Both the position numbers and the translations under genes were made by a program. From the NCBI GenBank assembly GCA_001275005.1, contig JWZX01003115.1:1-41834 (forward strand): 41,834 bases of DNA, read 5' to 3'. Positions 28,267 through 37,788 of this stretch are shown one piece after another; within the stretch, counting starts at the first letter, position 1; the number at the start of each line of letters is the position of its first letter. Under the pieces are notes generated by a model, which ran no database searches, was not told where the DNA came from, and was given only the letters and a program-made list of their open reading frames with translations. This DNA comes from Chrysochromulina tobinii. Its lineage: Eukaryota.

Positions 28267-31200
28267 TTACGCCCTCAGCATGCGCGTGCGCGAGCGGGAG
28301 AGCGCCTTCTTGCAAAACGGGCACTTGAGTTCTATGGCTACCAGCCCGCTCGTCGACTCCACCAGCCTGCCATGGTCAGGATCGTCCGGGGTGAGCCAGC
28401 GCCCGAGGCAGTCAAAGTGTGCCGTCTGCCCGCAGCATGGGGTGTATCCCCACCCGCCGTCGGGCTCGGACGGGTCTGGTCGATCGCGCGCCGTGCCGAT
28501 CAAGGTCACTTCCCCGCCCAAGCAGCAGCCGAAGCAAGGACCCTCCTCCTCCGATTCCACTTCCATCTCCACCTCATCCAACTCGTCGTTGTTGCCAGCA
28601 TGCTCCACGTTGAAGCTGGAAGAAGCGCCTTGCATGTGAGCCGGTCGGCCGTCCAGCCACTGTCGCCTTTCATAGGGAAGGCCCGCCTCTGTGACGGAGG
28701 CTGACAGGGCCACAGCGAGCTGCATGCCCTCCTCGTCCTCGTACCAGTCCTCGGCCTCCTGTGGGCGCTTGCGGCTGCTGCCGCTCGAGCGCTGCGGCGT
28801 TGATGGGAGCATTGCAGGCGCTGGGCGCGCTGCTGGCGAGCAGGCTGCTTGCAGGCCAAAGTCCACGGCGAGCTGGCGGCGCATGTCCCGCCGCTGGACG
28901 CACTCGAGGTCGTCACACAGGTGCTCCGGCGCATTGTGGCTGCACTGGCCATGCGAGCTTGTGCGCATATGCGACTTGAGGCTTCCCGACCGCGAGAAGC
29001 GCTTGCCGCAGCCCTCGTGGTTGCAGGCGAACGGCCGCTCGCCCGTGTGCGTGCGCTTGTGCGCCGTGAGGTGGCCCGACCGCGAGAAGCGCTCGCTGCA
29101 GCCCTCGTGGTCGCAGGCATACGGGCGCTCGCCCGTGTGCGTGCGCTTGTGCCTCGTGAGGTTGTCCGACCGCGAGAAGCGCTCGCCGCAGCCCTCGTGG
29201 TCGCAGGTGTACGGCTGGTCGCCAGTGTGTGTGCGCTTGTGCGTCGTGAGGTGGCTCGACCGCGAGAAGCGCTTGCCGCAGCCCTCATGGTCACAGGCAA
29301 ACGGGCGGTCGTCTGTGTGCGTGCGTATATGCGTCGTGAGGTGGCTCGACTGCGTGAAGCGCTTGCCGCAGCCCTCGTAGTCGCAGGCAAACGGCCGCTC
29401 GCCCGTGTGCGAGCGTATGTGCGCCGTGAGGTGGCTCGGATCCGAGAAGCGCTTGCCGCAGCCGTCGTGATCGCAGGCGTACGGCTGGTCGCCCGAGAAG
29501 CGCTTACCCCAGCCCTCGTGCTCGCAGCTTGCTTGGGGTTCCCGCTCACCTTGCGCTGTCATCTGGAGCGCTGAAGCTGGGACAGTGACCTCGAGATCGG
29601 GTGATGGAACATGGGAAGGGTCTATATGCTGCGGCTCCGGCGCGGCATGGCTTGAGCTCGCACTAGAGCTCCCAGCACCACTCCCAGCCCCACTGCTCTT
29701 ATTGCCACGAGAGGAGGGTGGGCCGGGCGGGATCGAGTTGGGCGGAGACTCTGGACGCAAAGCCCCACCACCCCTAGGGTCAGTCCGCAGTTCAACCGCG
29801 TTAACGTTAACGCGGTGTTCGAGCAAGCACAGGTCGAGCTGGGCGCGTTCGCGCGAGACTCGGAAGTGATCGGCCAGGCGGCGATAGCGATGACAGACGC
29901 ATAGAAGAAGCAGAAATGACGTCAGAAATGCTGTCGCCAGGAATGGTATCAGAGGAGAGACTGGGGGCAGCCCTGGTGGCACTGGTGGCACTCGCGGCGG
30001 GAGCAGAGGCCGCGATGGAGGGGATGGAGGCGGCGGCATGAGACGAGCAGCAAAGCAAGCTCCTACGTCTCCACTTCTTTTGAGTGTGCTCGAGCCGAAC
30101 GATGCCTCGCTGGTGAAAGAGCCTGTTACAAGAGCACCGTCGACGCCATCTTGGGCGCCTGCGCCCACGTAGGCGATGCTCTTGCCAAAGTCACTCAGCT
30201 TGCCACCCCCCTGGATGGCCCAGTCGATGGTGCCCGATGCTGTCACGTGCATCACGAAAACGTCGGAACTGCCTCGGCTTGTGAGCAACGTCGAGCCGAA
30301 CGATGCCTTGCCGCTGAAAGTGCCCGTCACGAGAGCACCTCCGCTGCCGCGATTGTATGCGACGCCGGAGCCAAAAGAGTCGGCCGTGCCGCCCGCCTGG
30401 ACGGCCCAGTCGACGACGCCTGCCGCCGTCACGTGCATCACGAAAGCGTCGGCACTCGTGTCTCCGCTTGTGAGCACTGTCGAGCCAAACGATGCCTCGC
30501 CAAAAAAGTAGCCCGTCACAAGAGCACCGCCGCCGCCATCATTCGCGATGCTGCGTGCATACGTATAGTCCGTGCCGCCCGCCTGGACGGCCCAGTCGAT
30601 GGCGCCCGCCGCCGTCACGTGCATCACGAAAGCGTAGGGAAGGCCTCGGCTTGTGAGCACTGTCGAGCCGAACGATGCCTCGCCGCTAAAGGTGCCCGTC
30701 GCAAGGGCACCGCCGCCGCCATCATTCGCGATGCAGCGTGCATACGTTGAATCCATGCCGCCGGCCTGGACGACCCAGTCGATGGCGCCCGCCGCCGTCA
30801 CATGCATCACGAACGCGTCGTCACTGCCTCGGCTTATGAGCGACGTCGAGCCGAACGATGCCTCGCCACTAAAGGAGCCTGACACGAGAAAACCATCAAC
30901 GCCATCGTGGCCGCCCACGCGGGCGATGCTGTTGCCTGAGTCAAACAGCGCGCCACCCGCCTGGAAGGCCCAGTCGATGGCGCCCGATGCTGTCACGTGC
31001 ATCACGAAAACGTCGGAACTGCCTCGGCTTGTGAGCAACGTCGAGCCGAACGATGCCTTGCCGCTGAAGTCGCCCGTCACGAGAGCACCACCCGCGCCAT
31101 CGTATGCGACGCCGAAGCCCCAAGAGTCGGCTGTGCCGCCCGCCTGGACGGCCCAGTCGACGACGCCTGCTGCTGTCACGTGCATCACGAAAGCGTCGAC

Positions 31201-31407
31201 ACTCGTGTCTCCGTTTGTGAGCACTGTCGAGCCAAACGATGCCTCGCCATAGAAGTAGCCCGTCACAAGAGCACCGCCGCCGCCATCATTCGCGATGCCG
31301 CGGCCATACGTCGTGTCCTTGCCGCCCGCCTGGACGGCCCAGTCGATGGCGTGGTGCATGTCTGGGTGCGAACTTGGGAGCGGCGGGAGCTGGAAGGGGA
31401 GCTTCAT
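28267..31407 (-). CDS. Chimeric protein: 7-repeat beta-propeller, Pro linker, TM helix, six C2H2 zinc fingers, UIM-like motif, RING-like domain
   Basis: One uninterrupted 1046-aa ORF: seven DWAVQAGG-type repeats, TM LIPFLATAFLTSFLLLLCV, CxxxxC...H...H fingers with TGERP linkers, EEGMQLAVALSAS, and CFGC...CCGQTAHFDC...CPFC. Confidence 0.85.
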   Translation of the reverse strand: MKLPFQLPPLPSSHPDMHHAIDWAVQAGGKDTTYGRGIANDGGGGALVTGYFYGEASFGSTVLTNGDTSVDAFVMHVTAAGVVDWAVQAGGTADSWGFGVAYDGAGGALVTGDFSGKASFGSTLLTSRGSSDVFVMHVTASGAIDWAFQAGGALFDSGNSIARVGGHDGVDGFLVSGSFSGEASFGSTSLISRGSDDAFVMHVTAAGAIDWVVQAGGMDSTYARCIANDGGGGALATGTFSGEASFGSTVLTSRGLPYAFVMHVTAAGAIDWAVQAGGTDYTYARSIANDGGGGALVTGYFFGEASFGSTVLTSGDTSADAFVMHVTAAGVVDWAVQAGGTADSFGSGVAYNRGSGGALVTGTFSGKASFGSTLLTSRGSSDVFVMHVTASGTIDWAIQGGGKLSDFGKSIAYVGAGAQDGVDGALVTGSFTSEASFGSSTLKRSGDVGACFAARLMPPPPSPPSRPLLPPRVPPVPPGLPPVSPLIPFLATAFLTSFLLLLCVCHRYRRLADHFRVSRERAQLDLCLLEHRVNVNAVELRTDPRGGGALRPESPPNSIPPGPPSSRGNKSSGAGSGAGSSSASSSHAAPEPQHIDPSHVPSPDLEVTVPASALQMTAQGEREPQASCEHEGWGKRFSGDQPYACDHDGCGKRFSDPSHLTAHIRSHTGERPFACDYEGCGKRFTQSSHLTTHIRTHTDDRPFACDHEGCGKRFSRSSHLTTHKRTHTGDQPYTCDHEGCGERFSRSDNLTRHKRTHTGERPYACDHEGCSERFSRSGHLTAHKRTHTGERPFACNHEGCGKRFSRSGSLKSHMRTSSHGQCSHNAPEHLCDDLECVQRRDMRRQLAVDFGLQAACSPAARPAPAMLPSTPQRSSGSSRKRPQEAEDWYEDEEGMQLAVALSASVTEAGLPYERRQWLDGRPAHMQGASSSFNVEHAGNNDELDEVEMEVESEEEGPCFGCCLGGEVTLIGTARDRPDPSEPDGGWGYTPCCGQTAHFDCLGRWLTPDDPDHGRLVESTSGLVAIELKCPFCKKALSRSRTRMLRA
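28950..29490 (-). repeat. Coding array of six C2H2 fingers, 90-nt period
   Basis: Recurring GAAGCGCTTGCCGCAGCCCTCGTG-type units on the + strand at 90-nt spacing. Confidence 0.92.
30080..31350 (-). repeat. Coding array of seven ~61-aa beta-propeller-type repeats
   Basis: Repeated GCCTGGACGGCCCAGTCGA on the + strand. Units 1-3 are closely duplicated as units 5-7. Confidence 0.9.
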
Positions 31408-31676
31408 CGTTTGCTGTAGTTCTTGCGTCGGCTGATTTCCGCCCGGTATCTGCTGAGTGTGCCCTAAAAATAGTTCAAGTTTACCTCGAGGTTGGTCGAG
31501 GCTTACTGTAAGGAGGCGAAGTTCGGAAAAATCGATTCGGCTGCACAGCGCATAGGAAATAACTGTGGCGCAGTGTCGAGTGTGTCATACCCTCGCCGCT
31601 GAGTGTTGACCCCCTCCCCAACGAACGTCCTCCGATGCTCGGGGGGTCATAGGCCTGCTTCCGGGGCGAGCTGCCG

Positions 31677-32561
31677 TCACAGATCGTCGAACAACGTCGG
31701 CGGCGCCCGTATGCACCTACGCTTACGCGCGCGCTTACCAGTGCGCAGCTCGGCGACGAACGCCCTCGTGCGCTCCTGAAGATACTCGATGGCCAGGCGG
31801 CGCTCCCACCTACGAATGCGCGTGCGCCACGCGCCTTGGATCGTCTCCACTGCGCGATCCTCGATGGCATCGAGCCTCAGTGCACGCGCATCCATGACTG
31901 CGCACCAGCGCCGCCACGACGCCGTGATCACCGTCGCGGACGCGTGCCGCAGTCGGATGGTCTTGCGGCAGTGGACACCGAGCAGGTGGCTCTGGATGAC
32001 CATAGCCGCGCGGTCCTCGGGTGTGATGGTACGTCGGCGGATGGTCAGCTCGAGACGCCCGATTGCAGGCCGCAGCACATGGGCTGCATCCTCGCCGCTG
32101 GAGAGCTGCCACTCTTGGCCAGTCGCAACGAGGCGCACCTGGCAGATGACGTCACCCCATCTGAGGCCGTGGCGCCATGCCGTGCCGTACGGCTCGATGC
32201 ACTGCAGCTCTGCACCATCGTCGCCATGCTGCGAGTGGAAGCGGACGCCAAGCGGGACACCTTTCCGCTTGGTCAGTGGCAGCACCTCTGTGCGACGGCG
32301 TGGCGGTGGAAGGACCGTGCGCATCGTTGGAGGAGGCGTGCGCATGGGTGGTGGAGGCGTGCGCACAGCAGCCGGCGGAGGAGGAGGAGGCGTGCGCACA
32401 GCGGATGGATGTGCGCGCGCGGGTGGCATAAATTTGAAGTCAGTGTTCGAAGCATATTTGTCGCCGAGCGGGACGGGCGCAAGCATGGGCGCATCCTTCT
32501 GGAAGATGCTGCTCAATAGGCTGCCAGAGCGCGCGCGACCGCCGTGAGTAACAGGAAGCAT
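31677..32561 (-). CDS. Protein with Pro-rich segment, PDZ-like domain and IQ-like motifs
   Basis: GVPLGVRF...GTAWRHGLRWGDVICQV (PDZ-like); AAMVIQSHLLG, SATVITASWRRW, AVETIQGAWR (IQ-like). Confidence 0.6.
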   Translation of the reverse strand: MLPVTHGGRARSGSLLSSIFQKDAPMLAPVPLGDKYASNTDFKFMPPARAHPSAVRTPPPPPPAAVRTPPPPMRTPPPTMRTVLPPPRRRTEVLPLTKRKGVPLGVRFHSQHGDDGAELQCIEPYGTAWRHGLRWGDVICQVRLVATGQEWQLSSGEDAAHVLRPAIGRLELTIRRRTITPEDRAAMVIQSHLLGVHCRKTIRLRHASATVITASWRRWCAVMDARALRLDAIEDRAVETIQGAWRTRIRRWERRLAIEYLQERTRAFVAELRTGKRARKRRCIRAPPTLFDDL

Positions 32562-32660
32562 TTCGTCGCCGACTAGAATCGATCGATTTTGGGGTCACCC
32601 TACGATCGATGAGACGCCGAACTCCCCAAAGTTGTGTTTCGTCCAAGCTCACAGACCCGA

Positions 32661-32681
32661 CAAGTCAAGTCAAGTCAAGTC
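32661..32681. repeat. (CAAGT)4 pentanucleotide microsatellite
   Basis: caagtcaagtcaagtcaagtc in the divergent intergenic region. Confidence 0.85.
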
Positions 32682-33016
32682 TAAGACTAGCGGCCCGGAA
32701 TTCACACGATCTGAAGACATAGGAATCTATTGCCAGGCCAGATGAGACGTTTCACCTTCAGGCCCATGAAAGCGGGGTATTCGGACGGACGGAGCGCGAG
32801 TTGATCGAGCGACCCATGGCGCGTCCCACGCCGCTTTGAATGTATCGACATGTTCATGTTAACTTACGCTCGTGATTTAACGATTCATGAACGTCGTGCT
32901 GGGCGCTCGCAATGACCGCAATGAGGTCGAGCTCACCACCGCCCGCGGGCGGGCGGGCGGCGCTCGCTCGCTCGCTCGCCCCCAAAAGGGCGCACACGGC
33001 CGCATCCATCGGAGCC

Positions 33017-33889
33017 ATGAAATTGCGCCTCGCGATGCGTCTCGTGCTGCTCAGCGCCCTGGCTATCTGCTCGGACGGCTTCACCGTCTCACCTTGGTTG
33101 CCCAGGAGGCCACGCACGCTGATACATACGCATGGTGCGTCGATGATGTGCACGTACGAAGCGATCCGCCCTACACGACCACCGCCTCCCACCATGGACG
33201 AGCTGAAGACGGTCGTCAAGCCGGCGGGCGACATGGGTATGGGTTGCTTCGCGGCGGAAGATGGTGCCGCTGACACGTGGGTTTGCCAGTACGTGGGCGA
33301 GCCAATTACATTGCTGGAATCCACGCACAAATACGCCGACAAGGATCCACAATATCTCTTTCAGATCACTCCCGACCTCTACCTGGACGCAGAGGAATCG
33401 ACCCATCATTCACGCTTCTTCAATCACGCGCAGTTCGCCAACCTCAAGTTCACCGTCGATGTGCAGCGCCAGCGCGTCGACTTTTGGCTCCAGCGCGACG
33501 TACGGGCTGGGGATCAGCTCATGTTCGACTATGGCATGGCATACTGGTTGGGACTCGGCATCACGCCAGTGGGTGACACGCGCAACTTCACAAGGCCCAC
33601 GCCACACTCGCGCTCGCGCCAGCCCACAGGTCCCAAGCCCATAACGCCGACGAGCCCGGTGCAGCTCGCGGAGGTGCTCGCCCTCGCCGAAGGGCAAGCA
33701 CGCCCGGCACTGCTGCGCGCTCTGGAGTACTTTGGAGCGATGCGGTTGGGCGAGGGCGTGCTGCGTATCCGCTTTGGCCTCGGCGAGGGCACCCCGACGC
33801 GCGACGTCGACCCGGAGAAGGTCGAGCTTGGGGTGCTGCACGAGGCGGCCGCCGCGTGCATCGCACAGGCCTCGCGGGCTCGGCCATGA
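33017..33889 (+). CDS. SET-domain lysine methyltransferase with signal peptide (probably plastid-targeted)
   Basis: GMGCFA, QYVGE, SRFFNHA, QLMFDYG SET motifs. Leader MKLRLAMRLVLLSALAICSDG-F from ATG 33017. Confidence 0.82.
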   Translation: MKLRLAMRLVLLSALAICSDGFTVSPWLPRRPRTLIHTHGASMMCTYEAIRPTRPPPPTMDELKTVVKPAGDMGMGCFAAEDGAADTWVCQYVGEPITLLESTHKYADKDPQYLFQITPDLYLDAEESTHHSRFFNHAQFANLKFTVDVQRQRVDFWLQRDVRAGDQLMFDYGMAYWLGLGITPVGDTRNFTRPTPHSRSRQPTGPKPITPTSPVQLAEVLALAEGQARPALLRALEYFGAMRLGEGVLRIRFGLGEGTPTRDVDPEKVELGVLHEAAAACIAQASRARP

Positions 33890-34000
33890 AGCATGCTGCC
33901 CTTTGAGAGTACGTAGTATCAAGCTCATGAGGCCCGGTCCTCGCCGCTCCAATTCGAAAACTTACATCGGAAGTCATCGGAGAACCTTAAAAGACGTTCT

Positions 34001-35000
34001 ATGTCCGACGACAACAAGGTTCTCGTTCTCCAGGCCACCGGCAAGGCCGGGCGCAACATCGCCCTCGCTCTGAAGAATGCTGGCTTCGAAGTGTTCGGCA
34101 CCACTCGCTCCGCCAAAAACAACCTCGCGTCGAAGGGCATCACGCCCGTCATCGCTAACTACACGGTACAGGCTGACATTGACCGCGCGATCAAGGAGTC
34201 CGGCGCGAAGAAGGTGATCGGCATCACTGACTTCTTTAAGGCCGCGAAGTCCAGGGGCGCGGTCGAGATCGCGCACGGCCAGGCGCAGTTCGAGGCCTGC
34301 AAGGCCGGCGGCGTCGCGCACTACATCTTCGTCTCTGTCGTGCAAGCCAGCGATATCGCGTGGCCGGCTGTCTGCAAGCACATCTCTACGAAGGCCGAGA
34401 TGGAGAAGAACCTGAAGGCGTCCGGCATTCCGCACTCCATCCTGCGCCCGTGCGTCTTCTTCGAGAACTTTGACGACGCAGCCAATTATAACCCGCTCAA
34501 GAAAGGCGCAGTGAAGTTCCTCTCCAAGTGCGTGACCCCAACCGGGGCTTACAAGTGGGTCTCCACATACGACGTGGGTCGCGCCGCCGCCGCGCACTTC
34601 AAAGACCCCGCCAAGTACCTCGGCACGACTCTCGAGTGCATGTCGTGGCAGGGCAGCCTCGATGACGTCGCACGCGCACTGCAGACGGTCTCCGGCGTGC
34701 CTGTGAAGGCCTCGCTCGCTATGCCCATCTGCCTGCGCAAATTGTTCCTGAAGGACCTCGATGGGATGTGCAACTTCTACGACGAGGATGGCCTGAAGGA
34801 CCACATTGCCGAGTTTAAGGCAGTCGTGCCGGACCCGCTGGATGCAGAGGGCTGGTTCCGGTTGGTACCTCCCTTACTTCTCTGACCTCCCTTACTTTCT
34901 TTCTGTACTCTCTTACTTCCTACTGTCTTACTTCGTACTGCCTACTTCCTACAGGTTCCACAACCGCTACGCCAACGGAAAGAAGATCGTCGACACGTAA
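34001..35000 (+). CDS. NmrA-like atypical SDR (Rossmann fold); two exons
   Basis: VLVLQATGKAG, HISTKAEME, SILRPCVFFENF, WVSTYDVGRAAA. A pyrimidine-rich intron ending TACAG at 34954 leads to terminal exon FHNRYANGKKIVDT*. Confidence 0.88.
34855..34954 (+). other. Short phase-2 spliceosomal intron built from degenerate CTTACTT repeats
   Basis: Sharp switch to C/T-rich repeats; acceptor CTACAG|G. Donors at 34855 (GTTCCG) and 34861 (GTTGGT) both preserve frame. Confidence 0.75.
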
Positions 35001-35323
35001 GTCTCCTACGCGCTGACCACGGAGACCACCCCGAACCGGAGTTGCGCACACATCGGGCCATACGAGCGACTGGCCTCTGCCGTGATGCTGAGAGAGTGAG
35101 AACTTAGCGCAGCCGAAAAGAGGGTTTTTTCCGATAACGAAGATAGCGAGAATCTCCCGAGAACCTACCTCCGGTATTCATCCGATACACGGAGACACAG
35201 AGGGATCTTTACGTTTACCGTACGGCATCGACGGTTCGCTCTTTGGACCGACGGATACCGCGATACGGATTCAACATTCCGATCGTAACTGCTGACGCGG
35301 TGCGAGTCCAAGGCCCGGCCGGT

Positions 35324-35357
35324 TGTAGAAGGACGTAAGATTTTACGTCCTTCTACA
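35324..35357. repeat. Perfect 15-bp inverted repeat with 4-nt loop
   Basis: TGTAGAAGGACGTAA-GATT-TTACGTCCTTCTACA. Confidence 0.92.
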
Positions 35358-35821
35358 GGTCCTCGGGTGTCCAAAGACAAAGGACTCTTCGGTCAGAGCC
35401 GCTCCGGTCAGACATGCCGAATTGTCTAGACTCAATTGCGCGGTCAGAGGACAGAGCGATCGGTCTTGGACGCCCTGTTTTGTTTATCGGCGGGATGCCG
35501 GCCGATGCGATGGGGCATGGCCCATCTCCGCCGATCGATGACGTACACACTCACGGTACCGACGTAACGCCGAAGGATACACACAAGGTTTCGGCCCGAC
35601 GCACACAAGGTGCGCCACACACAATCAAGGTTTCGGCTCAGCCAATAGGTACCCAACCGTTGGCCTCTTGCTCGACCGGGTAACTCTCCCCCTGGCTCAC
35701 TGGTTCCGATGTGGGAAACACCCCAGCCCCCACTGACGCATGCCCGTCGTCAGCCGAACCCGCCGCCCAATCCGATCGTCGAGTCGGCCTGTCGCGCACG
35801 ATCGTGCGACACGCCAAGCGC

Positions 35822-37639
35822 TCAGAGCTTGGCGATCATGCTGCTTGTGTAGCCCAGCTGGTCGAGCACCGTGCCTTGGCGCAGCGCGCGTTCCTCTCGT
35901 GGCCCACACAGCGCCGTGTAGAGCGCGGGCGGCCCGCAGATGAAGCAGAGCGTCTCCTTGGACGGCGCGAAGGCATACTTGCTCAGCTTGGCTTTGTCAA
36001 CCTCTCCGCTCTCGGCCACGTATGTGTCCGTGGTCTTCCACCCTTCGGGCGGCGCCGCGTCGGGCGCGTCGCCCACCACGTGCACGACGGTCAGCCGGTG
36101 CGGCAGCGCGCGCGCCCACTCGTCGAGCTCGCGCCGCAGCAGGATGTCGGCGGTCGTGCGGCTGTGGTAGATGAGCACCGCCTTGCGCTCGTCCGCCGGG
36201 ATGAAGAGCATCTTCCATAGGATTTGGTACATGGGGGCGAGGCCCATGCCGCCCGCGAGCATGTTGAAGCGCTCCTTGCCCTCGAAAGGGTACTGCTCCT
36301 TGAGGCAGAGGGCCGGGTGACGGAACGCGACTTTCGAGCCAATAGGGAGTTCATGCAGCCACGCGGCAACCTCATCGGGGGGCTCGGAGCCCCGTCTCAC
36401 CATGAGTTCGAACGTGCCTTGCAGGCCGGGGTCGGATGTGGGGAAGTAGGCGCGCATGGCGTCGCGCCCTTCCTTACCCCTGGCGGGCGCGCGCACGAGG
36501 AGGCACGCGCAGGCGGGCAGGCGCAGCGTCTGCGTCGGCTCCGGGAGGCCAAAGCCGTACACTGCGGTGTCGTGCGTGTGGTCGCGCCGGGTTCGTAACG
36601 GCAGCTCGAGCCATTCGCACGGCACGACGCACGAGGAGGCGTACGTGAGCGAGGCCGGGTGCGGCGCGAGCCGCGTGCATCCGAGCTCGAGCAGCTTTTC
36701 CCACGCAGCCGCAAAGTCGGCAAAGAAGCTCTTGGAGTCGCTCGCGTACTTTTCTGCATACACCCGCAGCTTCGGGTCGCGAAGCAACGCGTGGTCCGTG
36801 GGCAGCATGATCGTGCTCCCGTCAGAGCTACGCAGGAGCACCCCCGCTGAGCCACATGCCGACGGCTCGTATTTCTTCGAGAGCAACTCGACGTAGTACG
36901 AGTTATCGAAGCGGTTCGGATGCTCCGTCCAAGGGCCGCCACCTGGCGCCCCGTTGGGTGGCTCATATTCCCCGAGGGTGTGACGGCCACACAGGGCGAC
37001 GATCTCACGGTCGGTGAAGCCCTTCCTGTGGAAGATGACGCGCAGGTGGTCGGCCATGTGCTCCGACGGCGACGCCTCGGCACCGCTCGCGAGGTCGTCG
37101 GGCAGCCGGCCGGCGGCCGATGGCACAGAGTCAGCCGACGTCGCCGCGTCCCGCCGCCCGAATCGGCTCAGGATGCTCGGCCCACCGAGGGCCTCGATGG
37201 CCACGTTTGCGGCGTGGGCCCACAGATCAGCGCGCGAGATGTTCGGGTACTGCGCCTTGATCGGCTCGAGGAGCGGCACCGCGCGCTTCGCCAGAAAGGC
37301 GTTGCAAGGAAAGGCGCCCTCGCCCCTGTCGGCAAAGCGCAAGGCAGCATTGGGACCACCTCCACCAAGGGCTGCGCTGTACGTGGCGGCATCGGCAAAG
37401 GCAAGCTGCACAAAGACTGGCCCGCACTTTTCACGCTCGATGAGGCCGCGCACGTCCGCGGTGAGCTGCCCATAGTCCCAGGCGACCGCAAGAGCAGCGG
37501 CGCGCTCGTACAGCATGTCGGCGATGGCTGCGAGTGGTTGCGGCCGCTCCTCCTCTACGCAGATGGCGACCGCGTCAGAGAGCACGGCCTCGAGCTGATT
37601 GATCTCCAGGTACTCGCCCACGGCATCGAAGGACGGCAT
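35822..37639 (-). CDS. Fusion of RIIa/DPY-30-like docking domain, class I heme peroxidase fold (APX/CcP-like, distal residues lost) and cytochrome b5 reductase-like FAD/NAD module
   Basis: ATG at 37639. EYLEINQLEAVLSDAV...RPQPL; CGPVFVQLAFADAATY, ISRADLW, GRRDA, GRLPD, IVALCGRHTLG, GPWT, FDNSYY, MLPTD; then MRAYFP, MLAGGMGLAPMYQ, FICGPP. Confidence 0.85.
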   Translation of the reverse strand: MPSFDAVGEYLEINQLEAVLSDAVAICVEEERPQPLAAIADMLYERAAALAVAWDYGQLTADVRGLIEREKCGPVFVQLAFADAATYSAALGGGGPNAALRFADRGEGAFPCNAFLAKRAVPLLEPIKAQYPNISRADLWAHAANVAIEALGGPSILSRFGRRDAATSADSVPSAAGRLPDDLASGAEASPSEHMADHLRVIFHRKGFTDREIVALCGRHTLGEYEPPNGAPGGGPWTEHPNRFDNSYYVELLSKKYEPSACGSAGVLLRSSDGSTIMLPTDHALLRDPKLRVYAEKYASDSKSFFADFAAAWEKLLELGCTRLAPHPASLTYASSCVVPCEWLELPLRTRRDHTHDTAVYGFGLPEPTQTLRLPACACLLVRAPARGKEGRDAMRAYFPTSDPGLQGTFELMVRRGSEPPDEVAAWLHELPIGSKVAFRHPALCLKEQYPFEGKERFNMLAGGMGLAPMYQILWKMLFIPADERKAVLIYHSRTTADILLRRELDEWARALPHRLTVVHVVGDAPDAAPPEGWKTTDTYVAESGEVDKAKLSKYAFAPSKETLCFICGPPALYTALCGPREERALRQGTVLDQLGYTSSMIAKL

Positions 37640-37788
37640 GCCGACGACGGCGCACTTCTCCGTGTGCTGTGAACGCGTGTGTGAACTTGGGTGTGAACGT
37701 GGCAGACATTTATTTGTAGTGGATATAAAAGCTCTTTTACATGTACGAGTACCAAAACAGGGTTTTCTCTGCAACTCCTCTGCACAGC

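Noticed and set aside
10742..37639. Apparent cluster of Ca2+/flagellar genes (channel, EF-hand, CFAP52-like, IQ, docking-domain fusion)
   Set aside because: They are interspersed with unrelated housekeeping genes, and such domains are abundant in flagellate genomes; no evidence of a functional cluster.
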